Positions 42,919 to 58,534 of a DNA stretch of 64,000 nt are shown here, one piece after another. Numbering within the stretch: the stretch's first letter is position 1; every line of letters starts with the position of its first letter. The notes under the pieces are model-generated. The model did not search any database. It saw nothing but the letters and a program-made list of their open reading frames with translations, and was not told the DNA's origin. This DNA comes from the human T2T-CHM13v2.0 reference genome, Homo sapiens. Where the stretch lies: the NCBI RefSeq assembly GCF_009914755.1, contig NC_060926.1; one strand, given 5' to 3'. Made by a program: the position numbers and the translations under genes.

Positions 42919-44145
42919 ATTGACTACAGAGCTATAGTAATCAAGATAGTATGGTATTAAGAAAGAATAGACAAATAGATCAATCGAACAGTATAAAGAG
43001 CCCAGAAAAAAATACATATAAATATAATCAGCTGATTTCGACAAGTCTACAGAGTCAATGCAATGGAGGAGAGTCTTTTCCAGAAATTCTGCTTTAACAA
43101 GTGGATATGCACATGTAAGAAAGTGAATCTCTAGACAGATCTCATGCCCTTCACAAAAATTAATTCAAAATAGATTACAGATTTAAATGTAAAATGAAAA
43201 ACTACAACATTCATAGAAAATAGCAGAGAAAACATAGATGACCTTGGGCATGACAATGATATGTAAAATATAACACCAAAGGCATGATCCATCAGAGAAA
43301 TAATTGAGAAGCTGACTTCATGGAAATTAGAAACGTCTTCTCTACAAAAGACACATCAAGAGTGTAAAAAGAGAAGCCACAGATGGGGAGAAATAGTTGT
43401 AAAAGACATCTGAAAAATTATTGTTATCCAAAAATATACAAAGAACTCTTAAAATTCAACAACAAGAAAACTAACAACCTGATTAAAAATAAGCTAAAGA
43501 TCTGAAGAAACACCTCACCAAAGAAGATATATACATGGCATATATGCATATTAATAGATGCTTCCCATACTATGTCATTAGAGAACTGCAAAGTAAGACA
43601 ATGAGATGATACTGCACACCTATTAGAATACCCAAAATTCAGAACACTGGCAACACCAAATGCTGGCAAGAATACGGAGTAACAGAAGCTCTCATTCATT
43701 GTTGCTAGGAATGTAAAATGGTACAGTCACTTTGGAAGACAGTTTAACAATTTTTTATAAACTAACATGCTCTTACCATATAATCCAGCATTTGTGCTCA
43801 TTGATATTTACCCAAATGTTCACAAGTTTTAATAAATATAGCAGCTTTATTCATAATTGCCAAACTTAGAAGCAATCAAGATGTTCCTCTGTAGGTGAGT
43901 AAATAATCTGTGGTATATCCAGACAGTGGCAGACTATTCAGCATCAAAAATAAATGAGCTATCAAGCCATGAAAATATATGGAAGAAGCTCAATGTATAT
44001 TACTAAATTAAAGAAGCCAATCTGAAAAGAATACAAACTGTATGATTCCAACACTATGACATTCTGGAAAAGGTGAAGTGATAGAGACAGTAAATAGATC
44101 AGTGGTGGCTAGGTAATAGCAGTCAGAGAGAGTTGAACAAGCAAG
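42919..44145 (+). mobile_element. L1MC-type ORF2 3' part plus 3' UTR
   Basis: GCTATAGTAATCAAGATAGTATGGTATT, AATGAGCTATCAAGCCATGAAAA, GACATTCTGGAAAAGG. Confidence 0.88.
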
Positions 44146-45180
44146 TTAAAATGTTACACATTGAGGTTTCATTTTTTTCAATAATATAATTAGTAGTTCA
44201 TGATAAGGTTGTTTATAAAATTTAAAAACTGGAAATAAGCTAAATGTTCACAAATACAGAATTGAGTAAATATATTTTAGTCTAAAAGTTGTATTTGGAA
44301 GCAGCTGCATTAAAAGGTGTAAAGGCAAAAAAAATGTGTGAACTCTGAAAGATTCTGACTAGGAAACCTCTCAGTTTGAGATTAGTATTTTGAAGATAAA
44401 TGCAAAGTATAGTTCCTATCATTTAATCATTTTTATACTGAATATCCAATTGAAGGGTGCTTTAAATCTGTCTTAAGGTAAAGGGGCATAGGAGATACTG
44501 CACATATGAAGAGGTCCTCAGTTTCTTTTAGGTGTGGTCCATAATCACTGACCCTCATCTGTAACATCAGTCTACTCTGACTCTATTTATGCCTTACCTG
44601 CTGTGTTAGAAGAGGCTCTCCTATTTAATCACTGAAGATTACTTCCTGGCACCTCCAGTCATCCTTCACCGATGAGTAGTTCTCTCATTTGTTCCTTTTG
44701 GATAGTCCTATGGTGTCTAGCCTTGGAATGGATTTCTTTTGTCCATGATGAACTATCATCCATGTTGTTAGAGTATTTGTTAGATAATCATTAAGTTTGC
44801 AAGGGATATTTTCACCTGGAATTGTAAATATAATCTGAGTATTATTGGAGGCAGTTCTGAGAATGAAGTAGAACTTGATAGAGTGTTTTTTAATGAGCAG
44901 CATCATCCTATTATGAAATATATCTTCATTATGAATCTTGTTCCAATGTCTGAAGTGGGTTCTATGTTTATTCCTTTTACAGAAGCAGCACTAGTGTTGC
45001 AGTATGCGCTTTAAGAATCGCTAGATGATAATTATATTTAAGAGAATGCATTGCTTATAGGTGAAAGATAATTTTTAAAATAGGAGATCAGAGTATTTTT
45101 TTTCTTCTCCTATTATAATACCTCAGTCATTAGCTGCTGACTTAACACTCAATGTTTGGGACAGAGTTATAATGGTATCT

Positions 45181-45690
45181 TGTAATAGTTGATTTTGGGC
45201 ATCAACTTGGCTGAATTAAGGGATACCCAGATAGCTGGTAAAGGATTATTCTCAATCATTGTATTATTCTCAGTGCTTCAGTAGACACTGAGCATATCCC
45301 TCTTCTGTTGAAAGGGAAACAAGATGGTTTGACATCTGATTAGAATTATTGGGCTGTTTCAGGTGTGTCCGTGAGAGTGTTTCTGGAGGAGACTGGTATG
45401 TGAGTTGTTGGACTGAGTGGGGAAGACTCTGTTTTCAATCTTTTCTTGGTGGATGTGCACCATGCAATTGGCTGGGGACCTGGATGGAACAAAAAGGAGA
45501 AAGAGCCAATTACTGCTCTCTCTCTCTCTTTCTCCTGCTTCTGGAACTGGGATGCCCTTCTTTTGCCTTTGGACTTTGAAACCCCAGGTTCTCCCGCTGT
45601 TGGACTCACACCAGTGATTCCCTGGATTCTCAGGTATATATAATATACCTCCTATTGTTTGTGCCTCTCCGGAGAACACTGACTAAAATA
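45181..45690 (+). mobile_element. MLT2B-type 5' LTR of an ERV-L provirus
   Basis: TGTAATAGTTGATTTT...CAACTTGGCTG..TTAAGGGATACCCAGATAGCTGGTAAAG...GGAGAACACTGACTAAAATA. Confidence 0.92.
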
Positions 45691-46485
45691 GATTTTTGTA
45701 CTGAGAGTGGCTCCAGAGAAACAGAATTTTCAGGATGAGTTTCCTTAATTGTTTTTCAGGTTTCTCAAATTGGTCCTTTAATCTGATTGGATTTAAACAT
45801 ACTAAGAATTCTACTTCCAATAGTACAGAGAGCACAGATAGTCTATGGCATGAACTGTTTATAGAGATATGCAAAATAGCTGCACTAGATACTCCTAATT
45901 AACCACTTATACGAGGCAAGAAACTTAGTAACTATATGGGATACTTTCAAACATTTTTGGACAACTAAGAAATATGATGTTGGTTGGTTGCTCCTATTGT
46001 CATTGGACAAAGTAATTAGAGAATGATCTCAGAGATTCAAATTCCTGTCTTCACATACTTATAAATAGCCTAAAAGCTTCTAAGTACTTCCTGAAGGAGA
46101 ATTTTCCCTCCTCTAGCCACAGGGCTAAAATTGCTGAAAAAAGTCAAACACAAATCCTCATCATGTAATTGACTGAATTACAATAAAAGTTGAACTTCCG
46201 GCCTTGCAAAGTATCTACTGCTGAAGTGACAACATTGATTGGGAAATAATGGAATCTTGCAAATTGGGATGGAGATGTGTGGGTAGACCCTATTGAAGCT
46301 AAGGATATTGGACTCCTACATTTGGATGAGTCTTTTTTGTCTCCCTCACCCCAGAGGCAGGGGCACCCCTACCCACAGTGATATTGGCCCTCATACTGCA
46401 CTGCCTGAGAAAATGGTAATGGTCTCCCCTGAGGCAACTGCCAAGAAAGACAACGCTGATTTCCCTCAGGATCCACTCTCACCAT
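45691..46485 (+). mobile_element. ERV-L internal sequence: PBS region plus degenerate gag 5' part
   Basis: GATTTTTGTACTGAGAGTGG right after the LTR; gag-like peptides such as YDVGWLLLLSLDKV and TLIGK*WNLANWDGDVWVDP. Confidence 0.85.
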
Positions 46486-46504
46486 TCTACTCAGTACCAA
46501 TTTC

Positions 46505-46894
46505 TGTCTTAGTACATTTTTTGTGCTGTTTTAACAGAATATCTGAAACTGGCAAAGTATAAAGAATAGGAATTTATTTCTCACAGTTACAGAAGCTGGG
46601 ATATAGTTCAAGGCACCAGCAGGTTCCATGTCTGGTTACGGTACGGTCTACATCCAAGATGGTACTGAGGACGCTGCAAACTCTGCAGGGGAGAAATGCT
46701 ATATTCTACCATGGTAGAAGGTGGAAGGGCAACAAAGGGAGACAACTCCTTCAATCAAACCCCTTTATAAGGCCACCTAATCCCATTCACAAGGAATGAG
46801 ACCTCATGACCTAATCACCTCTTAAAGATCCCACCTCTTATCCATCATATTGGCAACACCTGCGTTTTGGAGAAAACACATTCAAACCACAGCA
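46505..46894 (-). mobile_element. MST-family MaLR solo LTR
   Basis: TGTCTTAGT.CATTT..TGTGCTG...CCTCATGACCTAATCACCTCTTAAAG.TCCCACCTC...CATTCAAACCACAGCA. Confidence 0.9.
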
Positions 46895-48084
46895 AATCTT
46901 TTGAGTAGTATGATAGTGTTAGTGGGAGCATCAGATTTATGTTTAGTTAATAATAATAGTCCAATTAATACATTTGTCTGGCATCATCCTAGGTCTTTTC
47001 TCATATTCCGTAACTTAATCCAAACAAGCAGGCATAATTTAGTCCTATTATTCAAAAAGGAAAACAAACATGGAGAGATAAAATAGCTTGCTTGCAGCAT
47101 GACAGACTCAGTGCATAGATTCAGGTTTTTATTCTTAGCTCTGAATTTTCTGTCATACCACACAGACTCACTTACTATTCTGTGAGGAGGATTCATACCC
47201 TTAACCTTTAGTCTTAAACATCTGTGACAGTTAACACCAGAGACGACCTGTTAATCTTATTGTATTCTGTGTCATTATTTGTAGAATGCCATTTAATCTG
47301 AGGATTAAGGGGACAAAAGTAAGCACCCAGATATGTTTCACAATTAATGATTCAAAATCTTTGACATTCTTACATACTGAGCTTTATTTTTAAATGATGG
47401 ATTTTTGTATCAGTTTCCTAGGGGTTTGAACAAAAGCCCAGAGAGGAGTTTGGTTTGCTCCAAATTGAGCTAGATTAAATTATATCTTGTCTTCTGCCAT
47501 GCAGTGGCCTGGAATTATAAATAGTACTAATATGATTGCCCTTGTTCACTTTGATATACATATGACTACTAAAACCAACTTAAATTAATTAAACAAGTTT
47601 TAATTTGATTTTTAACCTTTTAAGCAGCCTAAAATAAGAGAGAAGATCTAATTTGGAAACCAGAGCTTCCCAAGATAGAAAATCAAATTTAACCCATATA
47701 AAGAGTCAGATATTAACTTGACTGGAAACACATTTCTATGGACTAATTTATGCCCTAAAGAAAGATCAAAAATGTTAATCCTGTACCTTGGGGACTTGGA
47801 ATTAGGAAATATTTATTGATAGACCGAAGAACCTGGGTTCAGGCTCAATGGATAATTCTGCTCCAGGATGAGCCCTTATTTTTCATGGCAAGCCACTTTG
47901 CTTTGGTTTCTTTTTCTTTCATTCTTTATTATTCGTATGCCTTTTTCCTACACCCCATGTGGTAGGAATATTTTATTATAGGTAGTGCTGGGGTTGGAAT
48001 AGGACTTGACAAAGTGTTTTAAATTACTCAAAAAGGAAATACATGATCTATTAATAAAAGTGCTACTGATAACAGCAACAATAA

Positions 48085-48330
48085 TAATAATGCCAGGATT
48101 TATTGAGTGTTTGCTATGTCCAAGACCCTATTCTAAGTGCTTTAAATCTGGTAATTTGTTTAGTACTTTAACAGATAAGTTACTATTATCACCCCGATTG
48201 TAACAATGAGGAAACTAAGGAACAGAGAGTTTCGGTATCTTCACCAAGGAACACCAGCTGGTTCATAGTGGAATGAAAATTTAAACCCAAAATGTCTGGC
48301 TCAGGAAATGCTAGGAACACTCTACTGTTT
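48085..48330 (-). mobile_element. MIR SINE
   Basis: TTTATTGAGTGTTTGCTATGTCCAAGAC...ATGAGGAAACTAAGGAACAGAGAG. Confidence 0.8.
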
Positions 48331-48794
48331 ATGTAAGATTATCTATGATTTATGGTTTAATCTATTATCTATGATTTTCTAAGTCAGTATTGAGAGGGTT
48401 GCTAAAAAACTCCTTTGAAACCAGGCAGGATCATTTATGTTTAACTATTTTCCTAAACCTAATTAGCAGCAGAGTAATTGCCTTCTTTTCTTATTTTATC
48501 TGCTATTATCTAGTAGATCCATGCATTCAATAAATACCTATTGAGAACTGATTCTACAGGTACACAGATTAACATGACATGTTCCTTTACATCAAGTAGC
48601 TTAAAATTAAACAGGCAGAAAAAAAAAAAGCAAATGGCAAGTTCTAGCTAAGGACAAATTGAAGGGTACCGTGAGAGTCCGTAGGAAAGACTCATAACAT
48701 GGTCTTAGTAGGGATGAAGAAAGGCTGCCCTGAGCCCTTCAACAGCATGGACTCACGCATATACTACTCCTTCCTCATTGTGCCATTGACTTCT

Positions 48795-49270
48795 TTCATT
48801 CAGTCAACAAGAATTTATTGGGGTCCTGCTATGTGCTAAGCATTCCTCTGGGCACTGGTGCAACTTAGCATTCACAGAGGGAGACAAACATACTTTAAGT
48901 TAAAAAACATTATATGTCAGATGATAATAAGTGATACATAGGAAACTAAAATAGAAGGGGTAATAGAAAGGTCCTGGGTGAGTAATGGGGCAATTTTAAA
49001 TAGAAAGACCATATTTTATATGGAAGAAAATCCATGAAAATAAAAATATTGGAGTAAAGAGCAAATATTGATGGAGAAGAGACATTCAAATTCTTGTGGA
49101 AATGCCAGTTTCAGCAGTGAGAAAGAGAGAACAAATACAAAGGCCCTGAGGCAGAGAATTTCTGATATGGTGCTAGTTCACCAATGAGGCTACTGTAGTT
49201 GAAGGGGCATAAGTAAGGAAGAGAGTAGTAAAAGTTGAAGTCAGAGTAGCAATAGAGGCACCAGAGGCAG
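48795..49270 (-). mobile_element. L2 3' fragment
   Basis: TTCATTCAGTCAACAAGAATTTATTGGGGTCCTGCTATGTGCTAAGCATT; CAAAGGCCCTGAGGCAG. Confidence 0.75.
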
Positions 49271-49489
49271 GGGCATTCCTGGTGGGGTGGGGAGGTGGGG
49301 GGCTCTCCTGCCCTGCTCATGTCTAACTACCTATTGTAAGGATAAGACTATCTGGAGGCAAAACATACAAGAAATGTTATATTCTACGATGAAACATCAA
49401 TACATTCCTTATAAAATCCATGTGCCTATCATGATCATTTCTATTCAAAATTATTCTGGATATTCTTGTGCTTCCTATACTTTAATAAG

Positions 49490-49625
49490 CACATGGATCA
49501 CCTAGGGATATTTTCAAATTTCACATTCTGATTCAGTTCACCTGAATGTGCATGAGATTCTGTATTTCTAGCGACCTCCACAGTGATGACAATGTGCTAG
49601 TCTGAGGACTTCATTTAGGTAGAAA
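49490..49625. mobile_element. MER5A fragment
   Basis: CACATGGATCACCTAGGG..ATTCTGATTCAGT..GAGATTCTGTATTTCTA.C..CTCC.CAGTGATG. Confidence 0.65.
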
Positions 49626-49629
49626 TACC

Positions 49630-52090
49630 CTACCTAGTGCAGAAAGTCAAGAAGAAAAAAGAAGAAAATAAGAAAATTAATAAGATAATAAAAAGACCCT
49701 AGTTCTCCAGAGTTAATATACATTTTTACATATATCAACACATGTAAAAATCAACAGACTGTATAGAAAAATTATTAGAACTAGTAAGAGGGTCTAGAAA
49801 TATTCCTAGACACAACTACAATAATTAAATCTAGTGACATTTTCATATAAAACCTACAGATTTATAAAAACTTAATTCTAAAAGAAAATATTTATTCTTG
49901 CAACAAAATATAACATATTAGGATTAAAACACACAAATGTGTAAGAACATTATGTAGGAAAGTATACAGTTTTTGAAAAAAAAACAAATATCTAAAAAGT
50001 TTGAGAAACTTAACATGTTTATGGATAGGAAGTCATTAATATAAAGATGTCATTCTCTCCAAAATGATCTCAATATTCAATGTATTTCCAGTTAAAACAC
50101 CAAAAATACATATATTTTAAAAATAGAAGATGATAGGACGATTCTAAAATTAGCAGAAAAAGGAAAGGAGCTAATAATAGGCAAGGTTATTCTGAAGAAA
50201 GAAAGCAAGGTGAAAAGATTGTTTTCAAACAATGTCAACGTGATAAAAAATATAATAACTAAAACAATATTGACTCGTGGTAGATTAATAGAAAAATGGA
50301 ACAAAATAGGAAGTTCACAAAGCAAAATCACATGTATTTTTGAAAAACTAATATAGAGATGATTCTCTATATCAAAGGTAATTAATGAAGTTTTGACAAA
50401 TTGTATTGGGACAGTGTTTATATATTAAAAAAAGAGTCGGTTCTATTATTTCACAATTGACCAAGATAATTTGCTTAGCCAAACTTTAATCAGGCTTCTA
50501 AACTTTCTATTAGGCCCATCTGTGCACATCTTATAAAATCTAGTTTTAGCAAAGAATCCTGCTAAGTCACTTTAGCAAGAAACCCTCATCCTCAATATCT
50601 GATCATTCTTAGTATCTGATCAGGTTCTTCATCCTCCACCATTTCCTAGGTGATGTTTGATCACCAAGGCCTGTCTTAAGCAAGAATTCTGTTTAGTTGT
50701 TTTAGCTGTAATCTCCCTTACCCCTGATGCTTCTCCTTAGTAATTTTCCAACCACTGACCCCCACATTGCTCCTTGTCTATAAATCCCCACTTGCCTAGG
50801 CTGCATTTGCAGTTGAGGTCAATCTCTCTTCCATACTGCAAGACCCCCTCACAGTGGCCCCTAAGCCTATTGCAGTGGTCTTGAATACAGTCTTCCTTAC
50901 TGTGCTTTAACAAGCATTGCTGAATAATTTTTCTGTAACACAGTACAAAAATTAATTCCAGGGAGATGAAAGTTGTTGATATGAAAGAGAGAAATTCAAA
51001 GCTATTAAAAGGCAATATAAAAATATCTTTATAGTTTCAAAGGGGGTGTAGATGTCTAAAGATGCTAAATAAAGAAACGATTTCAACAAAAAAAAAATCT
51101 AAAAGTTTGCAGAAGCCTAAATTACTATATATAAACATTAATCAGGAGATAATGTTTGTACTACAAATAACTGGCAAAGGATTAGTATCTAGAACATACA
51201 ATACTCATAGTATCCAATGAGATGAAAAAAATCAACCTAATAAAAAAACAAAAATGCAGGAACAGAACCTCCACGGAGGAAAAAGCTATTATGTAAATCA
51301 ACATGTGAGTCACATTGTAATTGGAGGCATAGAAATTCAAAACATAAGGAGAAAAAAATTATGCCCACCAACTTGGTAAAAATTAAACTATCTGAATCTT
51401 TCATGTGTTGATGAGGATGTGCTTTTATATGTTGAAAGATTTAGGACTACTTATATACACTACTAATGGGAGTGTATGACTATACTTGGGAAATCACATT
51501 AGAAAGCAATTTAGAGTTGTCTTGTAAAGCTGAAGATAATAATCCATTATTTAATCTCAGTAATTTTACTCTTTGGTACATATCATGGAGAAACTCTTAC
51601 ATGTATGCACTGTGACAAATACATACAACGCGAAAGCAGTGTGGCTTTAATCGGAAAAAAAAACTGAATCAACTCAAATGTCTTAAATAATTAAAAGTAA
51701 AAATGACATATAAGATAACAGTATACAACATTTACACTGAATGAATTCCACTTTCACTTATCAACCTGGGTGAATGTCCACAGGAAAAGTAAAACGTACA
51801 TTCACAAAGGAATATGTATTTTTTCTACTTACATAAAAAGTAAAAAATAAACAAAAATAGAATGTTATATGCTGGGGAGATTTGTAAATGTAAGGCAAAT
51901 CTAAAACAAAAAGTAAAGATATGGCAAATCTTGAGTACTAATAATGCCAGTTTCGTAAGTTGGGTGTTGCGTACAAAGTTCATAAATTATTCTCCATCTG
52001 ACATATGTACATTATAAACATCTACACATATATTTATACATATATAGTTTATTTAAATGCATGATACATTTCATATAAATTATGTTTTAA
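49630..52090 (+). mobile_element. Degenerate L1ME-type ORF2/3' fragment interrupted by an LTR
   Basis: CATGTTTATGGATAGGAAG, TATAAAGATGTCATTCTCTCCAAA, CAAAGGATTAGTATCTAGAA; resumes at ACAAAAATTAATTCCA after the LTR. Confidence 0.75.
50458..50940 (+). mobile_element. Solo LTR, probably ERV1 class (MER31-like)
   Basis: TG...CA ends, 4-bp TSD CAAT/CAGT, CCAAACTTTAATCAGGCT, repeated ATCTGATCA, TATAAAT box. Confidence 0.75.
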
Positions 52091-53322
52091 AGTGGTCAAG
52101 TATTTTAATGCCATTTTTCTTGACCAGAAAACAATCAAATAACAACATTTTTTACCGTGTAGTACTCCTATCTGGTATGAATATAGTTCTTAGTTATCTT
52201 TGTTGCTCTGCCACTGAGACTGGATGTGACATAGGTAAAATACACCATTTCTCTCTCCTGTGGCTTTGTGGAGGTATGCCATGGGACCCAAAATGTAACT
52301 GCTTTAAAAACAAATCTAATTATCATCTATTCACTACAGGGCACTAACTACCCGAGGAAAGTTCTTAGCTTACTCATAGTTGTTTATTATGTTTTTACAA
52401 TAAATCAAATATTTTCATTTGTTAAGCATTCACTACCATTATTTTATAAAGATAGCATCCGTTATGCACGTTAGTTTTTCAAAGCTATATCATTTCATCT
52501 TACCCTCATTTTACACTTACCCTGTGAAACAGTGAAGAATGTTTAACACCATTTAAAAAATGGCCACAGGGCTAGTAACATCCAAGTTTAATCAACTATG
52601 CAGTGCTAACATATTGTTCTTTATAACACAATACGCACCATAATTTAGTTACTAAATGTCTTGAAGATATTAAAGCAAAATGTTCTCCTTTATTCAGCTT
52701 ACATTTATTTTTTTAAGCAACAATTTTCTAATGACTGGCATTCTTTCTTCATCGAAGTCTAAGTATTTCTAAATCCATCAATTGTGTTGTTAAATATTGC
52801 ATTTGCCATTTTTAGAATTTCCATTGTCAATTATGTGTTTGCTTTTTAAAGAACACAAACTCTGTCAATGAAAGAAGCTGTGTCTCTCATCTTGTACACA
52901 ATCAAGATCTACAAAGATATTAAAATTTATTTACAGTCCAAAATAATAGGAGAGCCTTTAAAACAGTCATTGCAGTTTTACTGTTTTATTTTTTAAAGAG
53001 TTGTTTCCTAGAGAGTAGAATTAAATCACGGAGCATTTTAGGGAACTGGAAATAGTATTAAAGTCTAACGTAAAACTTCATTTACTGAATTTCCTTAATT
53101 AGCAGCTTAAAGAGATAAGTGTGGCCCATATATTCCTGGAAATTTAGCCCCTAAGCAAGAGTAGCTCTAGACTTATGCTTTTTTTACTCTTCATCCATTT
53201 ACCAATCTTATTAATTAAAGAGACCCCATTTTTTTCTCATCATTGGGAAAAAATGTTTAATTAGCTAATGTCTGTCCACCATCTGTATCTGAATCTGCCT
53301 TCTCAAGATTTAATTATATTTT

Positions 53323-53511
53323 TGCAGTAGTTGTGGTTCTTCAGAGAAAAAGAAGCAATAGGATGTGTCTTTGTAATATATATGTAATATACACCTGTTA
53401 TATATATAATATGTATATGTGCTATACACACATACATTAAATATATATGTGTGTGTGTATATATACACATATATACATACATATACATATATGTATTTGT
53501 GTGTATATATA

Positions 53512-53571
<60 letters not shown>

Positions 53572-53914
53572 GAGAGAGAGAGAGACATTTTAAGGAAATG
53601 GCTATGTAATTGTATTACACAGGCTTGGAAAATCCAAATTATGATGGGGTAGTCTGGCAGGCTGGAGAATCGGAGAACAGTTGCAGCCTGCTGACAGAAT
53701 TCCTTCTTATTGGGGGAAGTCAGTCTTTGTTCTGTTAAGGCCTTCAGCGGATTAGATAAAGCTCACCCACATTGTGAGTGCATTACTCAAAGTCCACCTA
53801 TTAAATGCTGATCTCCTGCAAAAATAAATCTTCACAGAAACATCCAGAATAATGTTTGACCAAATATCTGGTCACCATGGCTCAGCCAAGCTGACACATA
53901 TAAGTAACCATCAC
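53323..53914 (-). mobile_element. MLT2 (ERV-L) solo LTR with expanded (TA/TG/GA)n
   Basis: GGTTCTTCAGAGAAAAAGAAGCAATAGG...CAGAAACATCCAGAATAATGTTTGACCAAATATCTGG...GCTGACACATATAAGTAACCATCACA. Confidence 0.9.
53372..53586. repeat. Compound (TA)n/(TG)n/(CA)n/(GA)n microsatellite
   Basis: Seen directly, including about 19 perfect TA units. Confidence 0.95.
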
Positions 53915-54499
53915 AATTTTGAATCCTCTAGACTCCAAATGGTACATCAAATATTCTACACGCTTTATGTATAATTAGTTTCAAATTTATACTTTATAAT
54001 TGCAATAATTCATCTAATATGTAAATCCTATATTGTCTACTTTTGATCATATTTTACCCAGACAATTAGAAAAGCTCTACAAGTTATTTTTTAAATGCCT
54101 GAAGACATTTAAAGAAATCTAAAGAAATAAGAAAGAATCTTAGGAAAATGTTGAAGAGAGTGGAATTCTGTCTAAGCAGTTAAGCCTGACATTTGGGTTT
54201 CTTGTTTTTATTTTTTTTTCATTGTGGAGGAAGCCAAACCCTGAGGTGGAAGCTAAGAGGCAGGGAGGCTAAGTGGTGATTTTCTCAACACTTCAGGATT
54301 AAGAAGAAATATGATACTCCCCAGATCATACGAGAAAATAGAAGCACTCAAGTGAACCCCTCATGTTAGGTTTGGGCTGTGTCCTAGGAATAATGGTGAA
54401 TTGGAATAGGTCCCTTCATGGACTACAGCTCAGCTATTGTCAGCTGAAACTGTGACATTTGATTTGTTGATCTGGAAGGGATTGTGCCCAACACTGACT

Positions 54500-55262
54500 T
54501 TCAAAATCAATTAAATCTTATATGGAAGATAATATCATTTCAGACCTCAAATTAATTGAAAAATGTTTCATATGTAATGCTTGACACACTATCATAAACT
54601 ACAAAACACAAAGGAATAATACAATATGGACACCAATCACCCTAAACCGTAAACTATAGAAAGAGAACCACCGAAGATTTGAGATTACTGGCATAGACTG
54701 CAAAATAGCTATATTTACTATGTGCCAGAAGATAAAATGTAAAATTAGGAAAGTTAGCAGACAATTGAATAATGTAAAAAATAGTGGAAATTTTTAAAAA
54801 TGATAAATGCAGTATTTAACAACACAATTGATAGATTAGAAATAATTAGACTGATAAAGAGATAATTAGTATTCTAAGATTGGTTTAAAGAAAAAAGCAG
54901 AATTTAGCAGAGTGGAAAAAGAATAGCAATTAGAAGATGAAGGAATATAAATGATGCAGTAATAAAGATATAACATATATTTAATTGTTATGACAGAGAA
55001 TGGAACAAAAATAATATTTTAAAGAAATAATGATTTACAATTTTACAGTGCTAATGAAAGATAATAATCTATAGATTCAACAAATGCAAACCCAAACAGG
55101 GTAAATAAAAATAAATATATACCAAGAAGCATCACAGTAAAAGTGCAAAAAAGAAAAAATATAGACAAATTTCAAATATTAAGAAATGAGATATTCCGTT
55201 AACAAAATCAAAACCAAAACAAATTGACAAGTGACTTTTCAACAGTAACAATGTCAGTGGAT
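54500..55262 (+). mobile_element. Old L1ME/HAL1-like ORF1-region fragment
   Basis: AATAATATTTTAAAGAAATAATG..TACAATTTT, CCCAAACAGGGTAAATAAAA, GTGACTTTTCAACAGTAACAATG. Confidence 0.55.
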
Positions 55263-55289
55263 AGAAGTCTTTTATTGGTTTTATTGGCT

Positions 55290-56735
<1,446 letters not shown>

Positions 56736-56886
56736 TATATACCTAAATAAAATAAAAAAAAAGAAAGGAAATCAGTATTTAAATTAATTCTTTCTGTTAG
56801 TATTTCACCAGGCACTACTTCCAGAAAAAAAATAAATATTTGTTTTAATTTATATAGGTCAGTTCTCATTTTACCATCATTTTTGA

Positions 56887-57267
<381 letters not shown>

Positions 57268-57852
57268 TGAATATCTCATCCCACTGCCTCTGGCCTCTAG
57301 TATTGCTGATAAGAAATCAGCTATTAATATTACTGAGCTTCTCTTGTGTATAATGAGTGATTTTCCTCTTGTTTATTTCAAATTGTTTCTTCGCCTTTAG
57401 CTTTTAACATTTTTACTATGATCTGTTGGGAGTGAGATCTCTGTTTACCCTACTTGGAATTCACTGATACTTTTGGTTTGTTGATTAATGATTTTAAATG
57501 AAATTTGGAAAGATTTAGCCATAATTTCTTTATGTACTTTTTTCTTTCCTTTTAGTTATTTCTGATAGTCCCAGTATACATTTGTTGACACACTTAATGG
57601 TGTCCATATTTCTATTTTTATTTATCTTTATTCTTTTTATTTTCTGTCCCTTTGACTGCATAATCTTTACTATCCTATTTTCACATTCACTTATTCCATA
57701 TTCTGCCATCTTAAATCTACAATTGCACCAATCTAGTGACTATTTCACCTTAGTTATTCTACTTTTCAACTCCAAAGTTTTCACTGGTTCTATTTTTGAA
57801 AATTTCTATACCTTTACTTATAGTTACTACATGATGAGGCATTGTGATATTA

Positions 57853-58534
<682 letters not shown>

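Noticed and set aside
53303-53652. ORFs rich in Y/I/V/C/H/T
   Set aside because: Translations of (TA)n/(TG)n microsatellite.
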